Positions 20,551-30,888 of a DNA stretch of 64,000 bases are shown here, in pieces. The stretch comes from a virus (lineage: Duplodnaviria; Caudoviricetes), in the IMG/VR virus record IMGVR_UViG_3300031853_000007, positions 48,311 through 112,310 of that record; one strand, 5' to 3'. The first letter of the stretch is position 1. Each line of letters starts with the position of its first letter. The position numbers and the translations under genes were made by a program. The notes beneath the pieces were generated by a model. The model did no database searches and was not told the origin of the DNA. It worked only from the letters and a program-made list of their open reading frames with translations.

Positions 20551-20937
20551 ATGAATATGCCGACTTTTAGGAAGAATAAGAACGCGTATACCCTCTGCGA
20601 AGGCAGACATACTATCTCCCTGCCCGCAGAAGTACAGGGCAGTATTTTCCCCGCAGAAGTTGACCCGACAGACATCGGGGGTCTGACAGAATACTGTCAG
20701 AAGAATATCCCCGCAACTTGTAACGAACTGATCCTGTACGTTACAGGTCTGTCCGTTGCCCTTCTCGCAGTAGTCCGCTACTGTGACGGTAACGGCATAT
20801 CCCTGACCTGTATGCACTATAACCGTGCTACAGGCGAATACTACCCGCAGAAGGTGTTGAAGTTCATCACCTGCCCCCATTGTGGGTATAGAATGCCCTC
20901 AACAGCTTGGCATTGTCCGGGCTGTGGCGCGTCTTAA
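20551..20937 (+). CDS. Conserved phage early protein with C-terminal Zn ribbon
   Basis: RBS GAAAGGAG; LCEGRH, LYVTGLSVAL, HYNRATGEYYPQ; CPHCG..CPGCG tail. Confidence 0.75.
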   Translation: MNMPTFRKNKNAYTLCEGRHTISLPAEVQGSIFPAEVDPTDIGGLTEYCQKNIPATCNELILYVTGLSVALLAVVRYCDGNGISLTCMHYNRATGEYYPQKVLKFITCPHCGYRMPSTAWHCPGCGAS

Positions 20938-20953
20938 AAAGGGAGGGATTATC

Positions 20954-21367
20954 ATGGCAAGAATTCGTGAATGCCACTATGCCCAAAAGTGGCACGGCTT
21001 CAACATGAAGCCCGGCTTTTTGTTCGGCTCCACCGACAGAAGCGGAGTCGAAGGCTTCGTCTGGACAGGCTCTGTCCGTGACAAAAGACGGAAGGACGGC
21101 TCTGTCTGCGGGAAAGAAGTCCGCATATTTAAAGCCATTCTGCCCGCCCACTGGGAACAGGGCAAAAGAGCGGAATGGTATTCCGAATGGATATCCGCCA
21201 CTTCGGGACTTGGACAGGCTATATTGGAGAAGTCTGTCCGCCGTCAGAACGAAATAGTCCCCGACTACAGACCGAAGGGAAGATCTGAAAAGGGGTTCTA
21301 CTTCAAGTCGGATAAAACCCGATATCCGACATACACCGCCGACGCTTGGCGGTATCAGAATAAGTAA
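20954..21367 (+). CDS. Hypothetical protein
   Basis: RBS GGGAGG, ATG 20954. Confidence 0.65.
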   Translation: MARIRECHYAQKWHGFNMKPGFLFGSTDRSGVEGFVWTGSVRDKRRKDGSVCGKEVRIFKAILPAHWEQGKRAEWYSEWISATSGLGQAILEKSVRRQNEIVPDYRPKGRSEKGFYFKSDKTRYPTYTADAWRYQNK

Positions 21368-21609
21368 CAGCCTGCATTTTGTTAAAGCAGAAAGAAGTGA
21401 TGTTTATGCTTTAAAGCAAGCGTGAAGGGTAACAGCGCAAGAAGTGACCCCGACCTACACACACACCCGAACCGAATCAGCTATAAGGTGCTGTGATGTG
21501 TTTGTTCGTTGAAATTATTAGGCGGTTTTAGCAGCCGCAAGAAAGGGAATGATAATCGTATGATTGTGTGATACTCGTTTGATAGTGCGAGAATAAATAA
21601 TACTGTCGT

Positions 21610-21637
21610 AGCCGTCAGCTAACAACTGGCGGCTTTT
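21610..21637 (+). terminator. Intrinsic terminator overlapping the ribozyme 5' end
   Basis: AGCCGTCAG-CTAACAA-CTGGCGGCT-TTT. Confidence 0.65.
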
Positions 21638-21696
21638 CTAATGCGGCTCTGCATTGCAGAACAGTCCAAAGCCTGTGTAAACGCAGATGGGAAAAG
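21633..21696 (+). ncRNA. Twister ribozyme (P1 type)
   Basis: CTTTTC-TAATGCGGC-TCTGC/GCAGA-ACAG-TCCAAAGC-CTGT-GTAAACGCAGATGG-GAAAAG follows the twister layout; cleavage expected at U21639/A21640. Confidence 0.8.
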
Positions 21697-21848
21697 AGAT
21701 TGTCTAAAGGGTAACTGATAGACAGGTGCCAACATTGGATTTGTTGCAGAAACGTCACTATGGGCTTTCCAACATCTACGGAGAATCGGACGGAGTGTTG
21801 ACAGAATCTCTATGTCAAAATTAAAAATCTTTAAGGAGGTAGTTACAA

Positions 21849-22778
21849 ATGGGTAACGGTGTAACTTTTCAGGTAATCAAGGAACTTCCCCTGTCCATAG
21901 GCAGAAGTTCCGTAGCTATCGGCGGCAGAAGATATTCTCTGCTGAGAACCTATATCAACAAGGGCATCCGCCACTTCACGGCGGAAGCGTTCGCAACTGG
22001 CGAGCGAATCGACTTTGTTGTCAAGGGCAAGAATGCCCTAATCTGCACACACTAAGGAGGAATAATTATGAACCGCAGAATACCTAGAAAACCCAAAGTT
22101 GTAATTTACAACGAGAGACTCGCTAATGGCAAAACTCGGCGGGTCTCTTTTTTGTTTACATCTGTTAAAAATGGAGAAGAATTTTCCCGCTTCTCCAATA
22201 CCAAAAGAACCGCAATCGTTCCGACCGCAGACATAGTAGCTCTGTATTATGGTCGGGTCAGAATAGGAGGATAATCATGTGTAAGTGCGGTGGAAAGGGT
22301 GAATGCAAGAATTGCCCGCATAAGAAGTCGCAGGAGAGCGCGACAATAAAAAAATAATAAGGAGGAATTATCATGTCAGAACATCCGAAATTTAAACTCG
22401 CCAAACAGCTTTGTGCCGATTACGGTCTTCGCTGTAAGATTGTTGGCGTAGATGGCGCACTGTGGGTGTATATCCCCGCAATTGGCAAATTTCAGCAGGC
22501 TTGTTTTTCCCTTCTGAATCTCTCAGAAGACCAGATTAGGGAGATGATAAAGCACGTTGACGACGGTTCAGCATGGGGAGGTTTTTGATATGTTGTACTA
22601 CAGAATCACGGCAGATGCAGACCAGAGACCCCGCCGTGATGGTTCTATACTGGTCGAGAACGAACTCTATACTCCTGAAGAGATAGAGCGGTACCGGATC
22701 AAACCGCAGTTTTATGAAGCGGTTGAGGTAGCAGAAGGCGATACCTACTATATGTTCGGCGCGAGATTCGCCGAGTAA
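21849..22778 (+). CDS. Cluster of small early hypothetical proteins (21849-22055, 22068-22274, 22373-22588, 22590-22778)
   Basis: Each preceded by a strong AGGAGG/GGAGG RBS. Confidence 0.7.
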
Positions 22779-22893
22779 GGAGGAAAATAAATATGGATAC
22801 AATGTTGTTTATATTAGTGATGGGCGCTTACATCACTGGTATTATACACGGTCAGATGGTGACCGAAAGAGAAATGGAAGGAGATGAATTTTA

Positions 22894-23784
22894 ATGGCAC
22901 ACCGTTTTAATGTGGGTGACCGCGTTACGGTTCGCCCCGACCTTACTGCGGGGTATTATAGTTCCACATACTTTAACCCATCAATGGCAAAATTCAGGGG
23001 TAAAACATTCGTTGTAGATGATTTAATTGATCCAGACGAATATCGCCTCACATCTACCGACGATGAATTACGCGATGTATCATCTTGGTGCTTTAACGAA
23101 TACATGGTACACCCCGAAGGTGAGAAGTATCTTCTTCCGGGACATCATGTGCTCCTTAACGGCGAAGAGGTTGTTATCTCAGAAAGAGACAATTACAATT
23201 GCTTCACGGTCAATAAATACAGAGATTATTTTTATGAGAGGGATTTTACCCTGATTGAAGGGTATGATTACACCAAGCCACCCCCGACCATAAACGTTGG
23301 GGATGTGGTCAAAATTGTGTGTCTCTATACCCTCCACAATTACGGCAGAACATCCATAAACAGTTGTATGGCTGACAGATTCGGCGAATTCGCCATTGTT
23401 ACATCTATTGTAGACGGCAAATATTTCCTTACTCAAGAGGGAATTTATAATCGTTCCCTTCGGAACGGGGTCGAGAAATGGACTTGGACAAGACCTATGT
23501 TAGACCCCGTTAATGGGAATAATGAGCTGTTCAAATGCGGCGAAACCGCAATGGCTTTAACTTATTCGACAGATTTACTTCTGCCGATAACAGAAGAATG
23601 TCTTCTCCCTCACTATGAGAAGACAGAAGAAGTGAAAATAAAGCTAAACGCCGACGTTTTTGGTATCGGCGAAAAAGACACAACTCTGACTGCATACAGA
23701 GGTGCTATCAGTCAGAGAGTTGTGACACAAACAGTAGCACCGATAATAGGAGCGCTCTATGAGGGCGAATACACGGAGGTATAA
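22894..23784 (+). CDS. SH3/KOW-like repeat protein, paralog 1
   Basis: FNVGDRVTVRPDL, INVGDVVKI, DVFGIG; similar to the genes at 30889-33585. Confidence 0.75.
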   Translation: MAHRFNVGDRVTVRPDLTAGYYSSTYFNPSMAKFRGKTFVVDDLIDPDEYRLTSTDDELRDVSSWCFNEYMVHPEGEKYLLPGHHVLLNGEEVVISERDNYNCFTVNKYRDYFYERDFTLIEGYDYTKPPPTINVGDVVKIVCLYTLHNYGRTSINSCMADRFGEFAIVTSIVDGKYFLTQEGIYNRSLRNGVEKWTWTRPMLDPVNGNNELFKCGETAMALTYSTDLLLPITEECLLPHYEKTEEVKIKLNADVFGIGEKDTTLTAYRGAISQRVVTQTVAPIIGALYEGEYTEV

Positions 23785-23786
23785 AA

Positions 23787-26315
23787 ATGAAAATATTAAT
23801 AAACAAAATCTATAGATATAACAAGCTCAATGTTTTGACCCGTATCCACGAGGTCAAGGAGTCTGATGGCGTGGCTTATTCCCCCGATTTGGGTACAATT
23901 GAGCTGTCCTACATCAAGCCCGCTCTTAATAAGGGACAGCGGTTTGTGTATAACGGCACTTTATATAAAATCGTCGAGAATTATGAATACCTCGATGATA
24001 CATCCGTTATATCTGCTATAAATATGGAAACAGGGGAAATCAAGGATATCCCTTTTCTGGGAGAATCCTTTATGGGCAAACCGGTGCCTAATCTCGAATA
24101 TCTCACCGCCAACGCCGACGAAGATGATGAAGAGGTTAAAGAACCCGCTCCTTTTCAGAATGAGATGGAGTCTTATATAGACTCCTGCTACATCCCCTTC
24201 TCATCAAACGTTATCAACAAGATAGCGAAAATAGCCGAGGAGAATAAGAAAAAGTTAGTTTCTTTACTCAGCAAGTCTGAGTATTGGGATGAAGAAAACC
24301 TCTGCATCAACACTATAGTGGATGTACCTAACCCTTCCTCTATCGACAGCGCAGAGGGCGTGTTTGGTAGAATCATTGATATCTATAAACGCGAATACTC
24401 AAACGATTATAAGCGGCTGATTCGCTGCTACGACCTCATGAAGCTTAACATCTTTATGGATGTTACGGCAGAAAGAGCCGCCGAGTTTAAAGCTCTCGGT
24501 CTTCATATCGCCAAGGGTATGAAACCTAGTAGAGCGATTAACAAGTTTTTTACAGAGACAGGCATGTCTCGTATTAGTAATTATGAAAAACTCTTCGCAG
24601 AACTATCTGATTACCTCACAAATAACACGATACAGAGAAGAATAACTCTTTCTGTAAATCCCATGGACTTCCTCAGAATGTCAGAGGGTAACTCGTGGAA
24701 GTCGTGCCACCTCGTAAGAGACCACGGCTGTTATTCCAACGGCGTTTTCTCGTACATGATGGACGAGCAGTCTATGGTTCTTAGTCTGCTCAATCCCAAA
24801 AGCACAGAGAAGCCGTATCTCCAGAAGAAGATTAATCGCATGATGTTCTTCATAAACGAGAACAACGACATTCTCCAGTCTCGCCTGTATCCTCAGACGA
24901 GAATTCCCGCTATCGAAGATTTCCTTGCTAACTGGGTTAATGAGGAGATAAGCAAGTGTCTGAAAATCGAGAACCTTTACAAGGTTGCAATTGAGGACTC
25001 TACATGTGCGTCCTATGTCACATCAACAGGTATGCATTATAGAGACTACGGATGCACAAATTTCGGGCAGAGAATATTCACCCCCGAAGGCAAGAAACCT
25101 GAACAGTTCCATATAGGACACGAATCCTATTGTGTTAAGTGCGGCTCAGTAAACGACCGCACTGGAGAGATTCGTTGCCACAACTGTGAGAACGATTCTA
25201 ATACCTATTTAGAATTCAGGATAAATTATTTTTGCCCGAACACACACCGTTGCTTTATTGATACAAGCGACGCGAAATTCAACGAAGAGGACGGACACTG
25301 GTATCTCAAGTGGTACGAGTGCAGAGACTGCGGCAAGATATTCTTCGATAAGCATATCTACTGCGAGGATTGCCGTGGCAATCACGAGGTACCCATTTGT
25401 GAAGAGTGCGGCGAACCTATAGTTGGCGCAGTCATCGAGGTAGATGGTAAACTCTACTGCGAAGATTGTTACGACGAAAACTTTTTCGTATGCAATAAAT
25501 GCGGAAAAATAGAAAGAAAGGTAAACGGATATTACATAGAAGATACCGGAGAGGATCTCTGCGCAACTTGTTATGAGGAGGGAGAGGATGACGGAATATA
25601 CTTCTGTTGTGAAGATTGCGGAGGATATTTCTCTGAAAACTCACGAACTTATGTAGAGGACTACGGTGATGTCTGCAACTCTTGCATCGACGATTACTAC
25701 TACTGCGAGGACTGCGGTAATTACTACCGTGGTATAGATGTTGATTGGGTAAACGACGTAGACGCTTATGTCTGCAATGATTGCATAGAACGTTACTATG
25801 TTTATTGTAATCATTGTGAGGAATATGTTCGTGAAGATAACGCACAGCAGGTAGACGGTACTTGGTACTGTGACTACTGCATAGAGAACTACGCTCATAG
25901 ATGCGACCACTGCGGTGAGCTTTATATGGGTGACGATTACAGCATTGTAGACGACGAGCTTCTCTGCCCCGACTGCTACGAACATGGCACGGAAACATGC
26001 TACGAATGCGGTGACGTTCATCTTAGAGCGAATATGGTCGAAGTAGACGGAGAATGGTACTGTGAAGACTGTGTTCCCGAGAGAGATGAATCAGAAGATG
26101 AAGCTACAGAATCGAATTCAACACAAACCTCACCAGACCATCTTGTGTTTGACAACGGAAGGGAAGTAACCCTCACAATGTCAATTGATAGATTCGACGA
26201 AGGAACAGCAGCCGTGGTACTGTCATATGACGCTTCGTCTGAGCAGTACGTAATCCAGATAAACACCGGAGACCATACATACTACAGGTCGGTCGGTAGA
26301 GATCAGATAGCATAA
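23787..26315 (+). CDS. Large protein with tandem CxxC Zn-ribbon repeats
   Basis: About nine CxxC...CxxC units; central SVNPMDFLRMSEGNSWKSCH domain. Confidence 0.8.
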   Translation: MKILINKIYRYNKLNVLTRIHEVKESDGVAYSPDLGTIELSYIKPALNKGQRFVYNGTLYKIVENYEYLDDTSVISAINMETGEIKDIPFLGESFMGKPVPNLEYLTANADEDDEEVKEPAPFQNEMESYIDSCYIPFSSNVINKIAKIAEENKKKLVSLLSKSEYWDEENLCINTIVDVPNPSSIDSAEGVFGRIIDIYKREYSNDYKRLIRCYDLMKLNIFMDVTAERAAEFKALGLHIAKGMKPSRAINKFFTETGMSRISNYEKLFAELSDYLTNNTIQRRITLSVNPMDFLRMSEGNSWKSCHLVRDHGCYSNGVFSYMMDEQSMVLSLLNPKSTEKPYLQKKINRMMFFINENNDILQSRLYPQTRIPAIEDFLANWVNEEISKCLKIENLYKVAIEDSTCASYVTSTGMHYRDYGCTNFGQRIFTPEGKKPEQFHIGHESYCVKCGSVNDRTGEIRCHNCENDSNTYLEFRINYFCPNTHRCFIDTSDAKFNEEDGHWYLKWYECRDCGKIFFDKHIYCEDCRGNHEVPICEECGEPIVGAVIEVDGKLYCEDCYDENFFVCNKCGKIERKVNGYYIEDTGEDLCATCYEEGEDDGIYFCCEDCGGYFSENSRTYVEDYGDVCNSCIDDYYYCEDCGNYYRGIDVDWVNDVDAYVCNDCIERYYVYCNHCEEYVREDNAQQVDGTWYCDYCIENYAHRCDHCGELYMGDDYSIVDDELLCPDCYEHGTETCYECGDVHLRANMVEVDGEWYCEDCVPERDESEDEATESNSTQTSPDHLVFDNGREVTLTMSIDRFDEGTAAVVLSYDASSEQYVIQINTGDHTYYRSVGRDQIA

Positions 26316-26333
26316 ATATAGGAGGACTTTATC

Positions 26334-27638
26334 ATGAAAAACTTTTACGAAATTCTTAAAGCAACACAGGACGAGTTAAAGGCAAAGCTCCCCGAGATTC
26401 TCACCAAGAACGGATACACTCCGCAGGTTGAGGATGGGTTTATATATGCAGAGGGTGAAATCCCTGTGCTTCTGATAGCACATATGGACACGGTACACAA
26501 AGAGCCTGTTAAGTCCATCTGTGTATCGGATGACGGCATTCTCATGTCGCCGACAGGTATCGGCGGTGATGACCGATGTGGCATCTTCATGGTTCTTGAA
26601 ACCATCAAGACACATAAGTGCCACGTTCTCTTTACAGAAGATGAGGAGATAGGTCTTATAGGAGCAGGTAAGTTTGCAAGTTCGGGAATCACACCAGAAG
26701 TCAACTGGATTCTGGAGTATGACCGCAAGGGTAACAACGATGCGGTATTCTACAGTTGTGATAATCCTGAGTTCACAGAGTTTATCACGGACAAGGAGAT
26801 AGGTTTTGTGTTCGCAAGTGGCTCGGCTTCGGACATATCGAGAGTTGCTCCCGCTATTAATAGAGCGGCTGTGAATCTTTCCTGTGGTTACTACAATCAG
26901 CACCATCTCAATGAGTATGTTGTTGTATCGGAGATGATGAACAACATCGAGCGCGGCAAGATGCTTATAGATAAGCCAGTAGACAAGCCGTTTGAGTACA
27001 TTGAGAAGGTGTACACATACAAGTCGTACAAAAACAGTGATTATAGCTTTAGCGTCTACGATGATTACGGTTACGGAAGCTACTATCGTAAGCCGTATAT
27101 GTCATACTATAACGACGGCTATACTAAGAACGACGAGAACTCGAATGTCAGTAATGACGAAACCGAATCGCGTGAAGATCTCGCTGACATCGCTCGTGAA
27201 GCGATTTATGACCACATTGACGAAAATGCGTTAAGGTGGTTTAGTGAATTCTACGGAGTTGATATGCCCCGCAAGAGTTCGCTTATCGTACCCGAGAACA
27301 TCCTTGATTTCAACACCGAGGAGTTCGTGATAATAGACGGAGATGAAACTATCCCTTATAATGATTTCTACTTTGAGCAGATAGGGGATATCTTCATAGA
27401 TAAAGACACCTATGTCTACATCCTTAAATATGATGATGAGTATGGTGTAGAAGTCGCTGTCAAGACGGATAAATACCTTGCACGGAATGGCGGAAAGGAC
27501 ATTCTGTACTATCCTGACCAGATGGAACTTCATTACTCTATGACCGAGTTAGAGTTTGCTACATTCTGTGAGTATACAGAGTGTTACCTCGAATCGGAAA
27601 TAGAGTCTCGGGTGTTTACTGAGGTCGGTATCTACTGA
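26334..27638 (+). CDS. M28/M20/M42-type Zn peptidase
   Basis: AHMDTVH, GGDDRCG, EDEEIG, SASDI, GYYNQH. Confidence 0.85.
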   Translation: MKNFYEILKATQDELKAKLPEILTKNGYTPQVEDGFIYAEGEIPVLLIAHMDTVHKEPVKSICVSDDGILMSPTGIGGDDRCGIFMVLETIKTHKCHVLFTEDEEIGLIGAGKFASSGITPEVNWILEYDRKGNNDAVFYSCDNPEFTEFITDKEIGFVFASGSASDISRVAPAINRAAVNLSCGYYNQHHLNEYVVVSEMMNNIERGKMLIDKPVDKPFEYIEKVYTYKSYKNSDYSFSVYDDYGYGSYYRKPYMSYYNDGYTKNDENSNVSNDETESREDLADIAREAIYDHIDENALRWFSEFYGVDMPRKSSLIVPENILDFNTEEFVIIDGDETIPYNDFYFEQIGDIFIDKDTYVYILKYDDEYGVEVAVKTDKYLARNGGKDILYYPDQMELHYSMTELEFATFCEYTECYLESEIESRVFTEVGIY

Positions 27639-27735
27639 TACATCAGACACCCAAAATCATAAGTAACGCCAACCAATTATAACCAAAATGAAGAAAACAA
27701 AAATCTAAGACTTTAAATTCAAAGGAGAATGAATT

Positions 27736-28647
27736 ATGAAAAACTTTACTATTGCTAACCTGATGACCGGCGACCTCGTAACCCTGAGAAACGGCAAGAC
27801 CGGAACCGTAATGCTCAACACCCCCATCGGCGATATCATTCGCTACCACAGCGAGAAGAATAGCTTCTCTTACATAGCGAAGCGTTTCAACGCCGACCTG
27901 ACCCACAACAAGCACACCAACATGGACATCATGAAAGTGTACAGAATCGACCCCGCCAAGGTTCCCATGAACAAGGTGGGTGACCTCGTTGCTAACCCCG
28001 TGAAGATGCTTGACGCTGGAACCGTAGTCTTCGATAGAGATGCAGTTTCTGCAAAGCCCAAGCTCGGCGACCTTATCACTGGCGACCTGCTGATCCACAG
28101 AAACGGCAAGGTGTCTACCGTGTATAAGGACACTCCCATCGGCGACATCATCAGATACTACACCGAGAACAACTCGTTCAGCTATCTGAGAAGATATAAC
28201 GACGACCTTGTTCACGAGTCTAAGGACAGCTTCGATATCGTTGCGGTACTGAGAGTTCCCGACAGTATCGACTCTACACAGATTGGTGACTATATCGCCA
28301 ACCCTGTAAAGGTGCTGACCGCAGATGATGTGAGTGATTACATTGTTTGGTCTGACGGAGACATACAGGCTTCGTTATACTACGATGGTGACAATTACGA
28401 GACATCTCTTTCTGCGGATTATCTCGGCTCGACAACTTCTGATTCCGATGATTCTTCTGATTCGTCTGTGATAGAGCGTCTCGTGAGAGTCTTCGGTATT
28501 GACCTCTCCGACGATAGTGACGGCGGTTGCCATTGCGGTTGCAGTGGTTGCCAGAGTGATGATGATGATGATGACCGTGCTGACGAAATCGAAGAGCTGA
28601 GAGACCTGCTCGACGAAATCGCTGACAGACTGGACGACCTTAGCTAA
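27736..28647 (+). CDS. Protein with an internal domain duplication and acidic tail
   Basis: Two copies of L.TGDL...RNGK...V...TPIGDIIRY..E.NSFSY. Confidence 0.8.
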   Translation: MKNFTIANLMTGDLVTLRNGKTGTVMLNTPIGDIIRYHSEKNSFSYIAKRFNADLTHNKHTNMDIMKVYRIDPAKVPMNKVGDLVANPVKMLDAGTVVFDRDAVSAKPKLGDLITGDLLIHRNGKVSTVYKDTPIGDIIRYYTENNSFSYLRRYNDDLVHESKDSFDIVAVLRVPDSIDSTQIGDYIANPVKVLTADDVSDYIVWSDGDIQASLYYDGDNYETSLSADYLGSTTSDSDDSSDSSVIERLVRVFGIDLSDDSDGGCHCGCSGCQSDDDDDDRADEIEELRDLLDEIADRLDDLS

Positions 28648-28964
28648 TGGGTCGAAGCATAAGCAGAGACCTAAAAGAACAGATACCCTCTGAAAGATGT
28701 TATTATTGTGGTTGTGAGTTGGATTCAAGTAATCGAACTTACGACCACGTAATACCTCGTGGGAAAGGCGGTGAAGATACAACAAGTAATCTTGTAGCTT
28801 GTTGTGACAAGTGTAATGGTATCAAGAAGGATTACACTTTGTATGAGTTGATTAATGCACTGGATTGTCAAAGAAAGTTCTGTGACGATGAAGAGCGAAT
28901 GGTTAAACTCGACTACTACAAGATGATATTCTCCGACGCTAGAAAGCGTTTGAGAGCTAGATAA
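28647..28964 (+). CDS. HNH endonuclease
   Basis: CYYCG, DHVIPRGKGG, NLVACCDKCNGIK. Confidence 0.9.
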   Translation: MGRSISRDLKEQIPSERCYYCGCELDSSNRTYDHVIPRGKGGEDTTSNLVACCDKCNGIKKDYTLYELINALDCQRKFCDDEERMVKLDYYKMIFSDARKRLRAR

Positions 28965-28969
28965 TACGA

Positions 28970-28996
28970 GCGCCCGATATATAGTCGGGCGTTTTT
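28970..28996 (+). terminator. Intrinsic terminator
   Basis: GCGCCCGA/TCGGGCGT followed by a T-run. Confidence 0.65.
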
Positions 28997-29078
28997 GCTC
29001 CTATGGTGGAATAGGCAGACACGCCAGATTTAGGTTCTGGTGCTGAAAAGCGTATCGGTTCGAGTCCGATTAGGAGCA
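28997..29078 (+). tRNA. tRNA-Leu(TAG)
   Basis: Cloverleaf with long variable arm; acceptor GCTCCTA/TAGGAGC. Confidence 0.93.
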
Positions 29079-29100
29079 TTCGACAATAATTAAAGGAGGA

Positions 29101-30865
29101 ATGTATATGTCGAATTTAAAAAGAAGTCTTGCAGAAATGAAAGCAATCTGCAATCAGAGAGGTTCATTTTACTTTGAACCTGACACGGTTAAATTCTGGG
29201 GCGCAACAGTTCACGCTCCCGCAAATAGGTGGGGTTTATTTGTGGAGAGCTTTGATAGTTTCAACAGAGAATATAAACTCTATGCTGTCAAGTTCTTCTC
29301 TCCTACAGGTTTTGTCACGACGATAGAACCCGCCGACATCGAAAGAACACATGAGCATTTCAAGACGCTCGAAGACGCGATGAGTTTTAGAGATAAGCTG
29401 TCTGCTGCTCTCGACGAAGCTGCAAAGTCTTACCGTGAAAACGTAGTACTCAGCTCTCTCACTAAGGTCTGCGAAGACGGTCTTTGTTCTGGGATTTATG
29501 TTCTTCGTAACGACAATGATGATAGTATTATGATTAACACAAATAACCTCGGTAGGTTTATCTGTGGTTGAAAAGAGGTGAAAATATGAATACAAGAGAA
29601 AGACACAGAGGGCGAAGAGAAAGGAGAGTGTTGACAGCCCGAAAGATTAATGCTCGGGTAACTGTGAGACGTTGCTGTATCGACGATGCTTTCACGGTTG
29701 ATAAAGGACGACTCGCCAAGAAGCTGATATATCGCACAAAGCAGAGGTGGGAATACTACATGATACCGTCTGTATCTACAAGACGTAAACTGGATACAAT
29801 CAAATCTAAAATGGAGGATTATAACTATGAAGCTGTTTGTTAATGTACGCAAGGGAGATATCAAGGACGACAACACCTACAAGTGTGCGATAGCTCGCTA
29901 TTATCTGTCGGAAGCAACAAAGAAACCTAAGAAGAGTAATCTCGATGAGCTGGCACACCGCTGGTCTTACATTCCCGAAGCTGCGAGGGTCGTTAAGGAT
30001 TTAGTTGACGACGAGACATACTACTTCATGATGGGGTTGAATCGTGTTGCTTCGTTTGAAACGGCAATTGATATGTTAAAGGACGCTATGGATTATAGAA
30101 GCCCCGCATTTTATCCAGACTTTCGTGTGCTTTCAAGCGCGGCGAATGCGTTCAATAAGTTCGATGATGTACCTTGGGTGGAGACGCTTAGAGAGGTTAA
30201 TAAGGAAAGAGAACAGCTTGGACTGTTTACATACACTGTTTAATATAAAAATACAAGGAGGAATAAATATGTACAACTACAAGACAGACGAGGAAATCAA
30301 CCGCGAAGAATTTCTGGAAGAGATATTCTCTTTTAGTTACTGAGAGGTGATATCATGTATGTGGTAGGACGATTTAATATCATAGAGCGCGGTTACTCTT
30401 GGCGTGACAGAGAGTTCAGTGAAGTGATAATCTGTGAGTATGATAACAACGAAAGAGAGGTGGCGCGGAAACTTTTCTACTTCAAGGGTAGAGTTCCGAA
30501 GTTTGAGACTGAGCGTCAAGTAGACGCAGTATTTAAGTATCCCGGAAACAGCAAGTTATGTATCGCACCGGGTTTATTCATCAGACGAGTGGCTTGATAA
30601 GTGATAAAAAATAATATGGGAGGTTACAATCATGGACGAGAAGTCTTTAATCTTTTATCATATAGTCAACGATAATAGACAGCGTAAGGAAGAGGAGTGG
30701 GCGAACGAGTGCGGGTGTGTGCTCGTTCCTGTCTCCAATGACATCTGTGAGTCTAAATTTAGCAAGTTTAAAAGAGCAATAGTGTTTGCCATACAAGGAA
30801 TCGGCGCGGTAATTACTGCGGTTCTCGGGTTCGGGTTTATGGCTATTATGACTCTCATAGTGTGA
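29101..30865 (+). CDS. Run of hypothetical proteins (29101-29571, 29568-29843, 29827-30243, 30355-30597, 30632-30865)
   Basis: Co-oriented ORFs with RBSs. Confidence 0.65.
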
Positions 30866-30888
30866 GTCAATAATACAAGGAGGTTAAG

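Noticed and set aside
21715-21756. Hammerhead-like CTGATAGA...GAAAC-GTC
   Set aside because: Core has an extra base and stems I-III cannot be built convincingly
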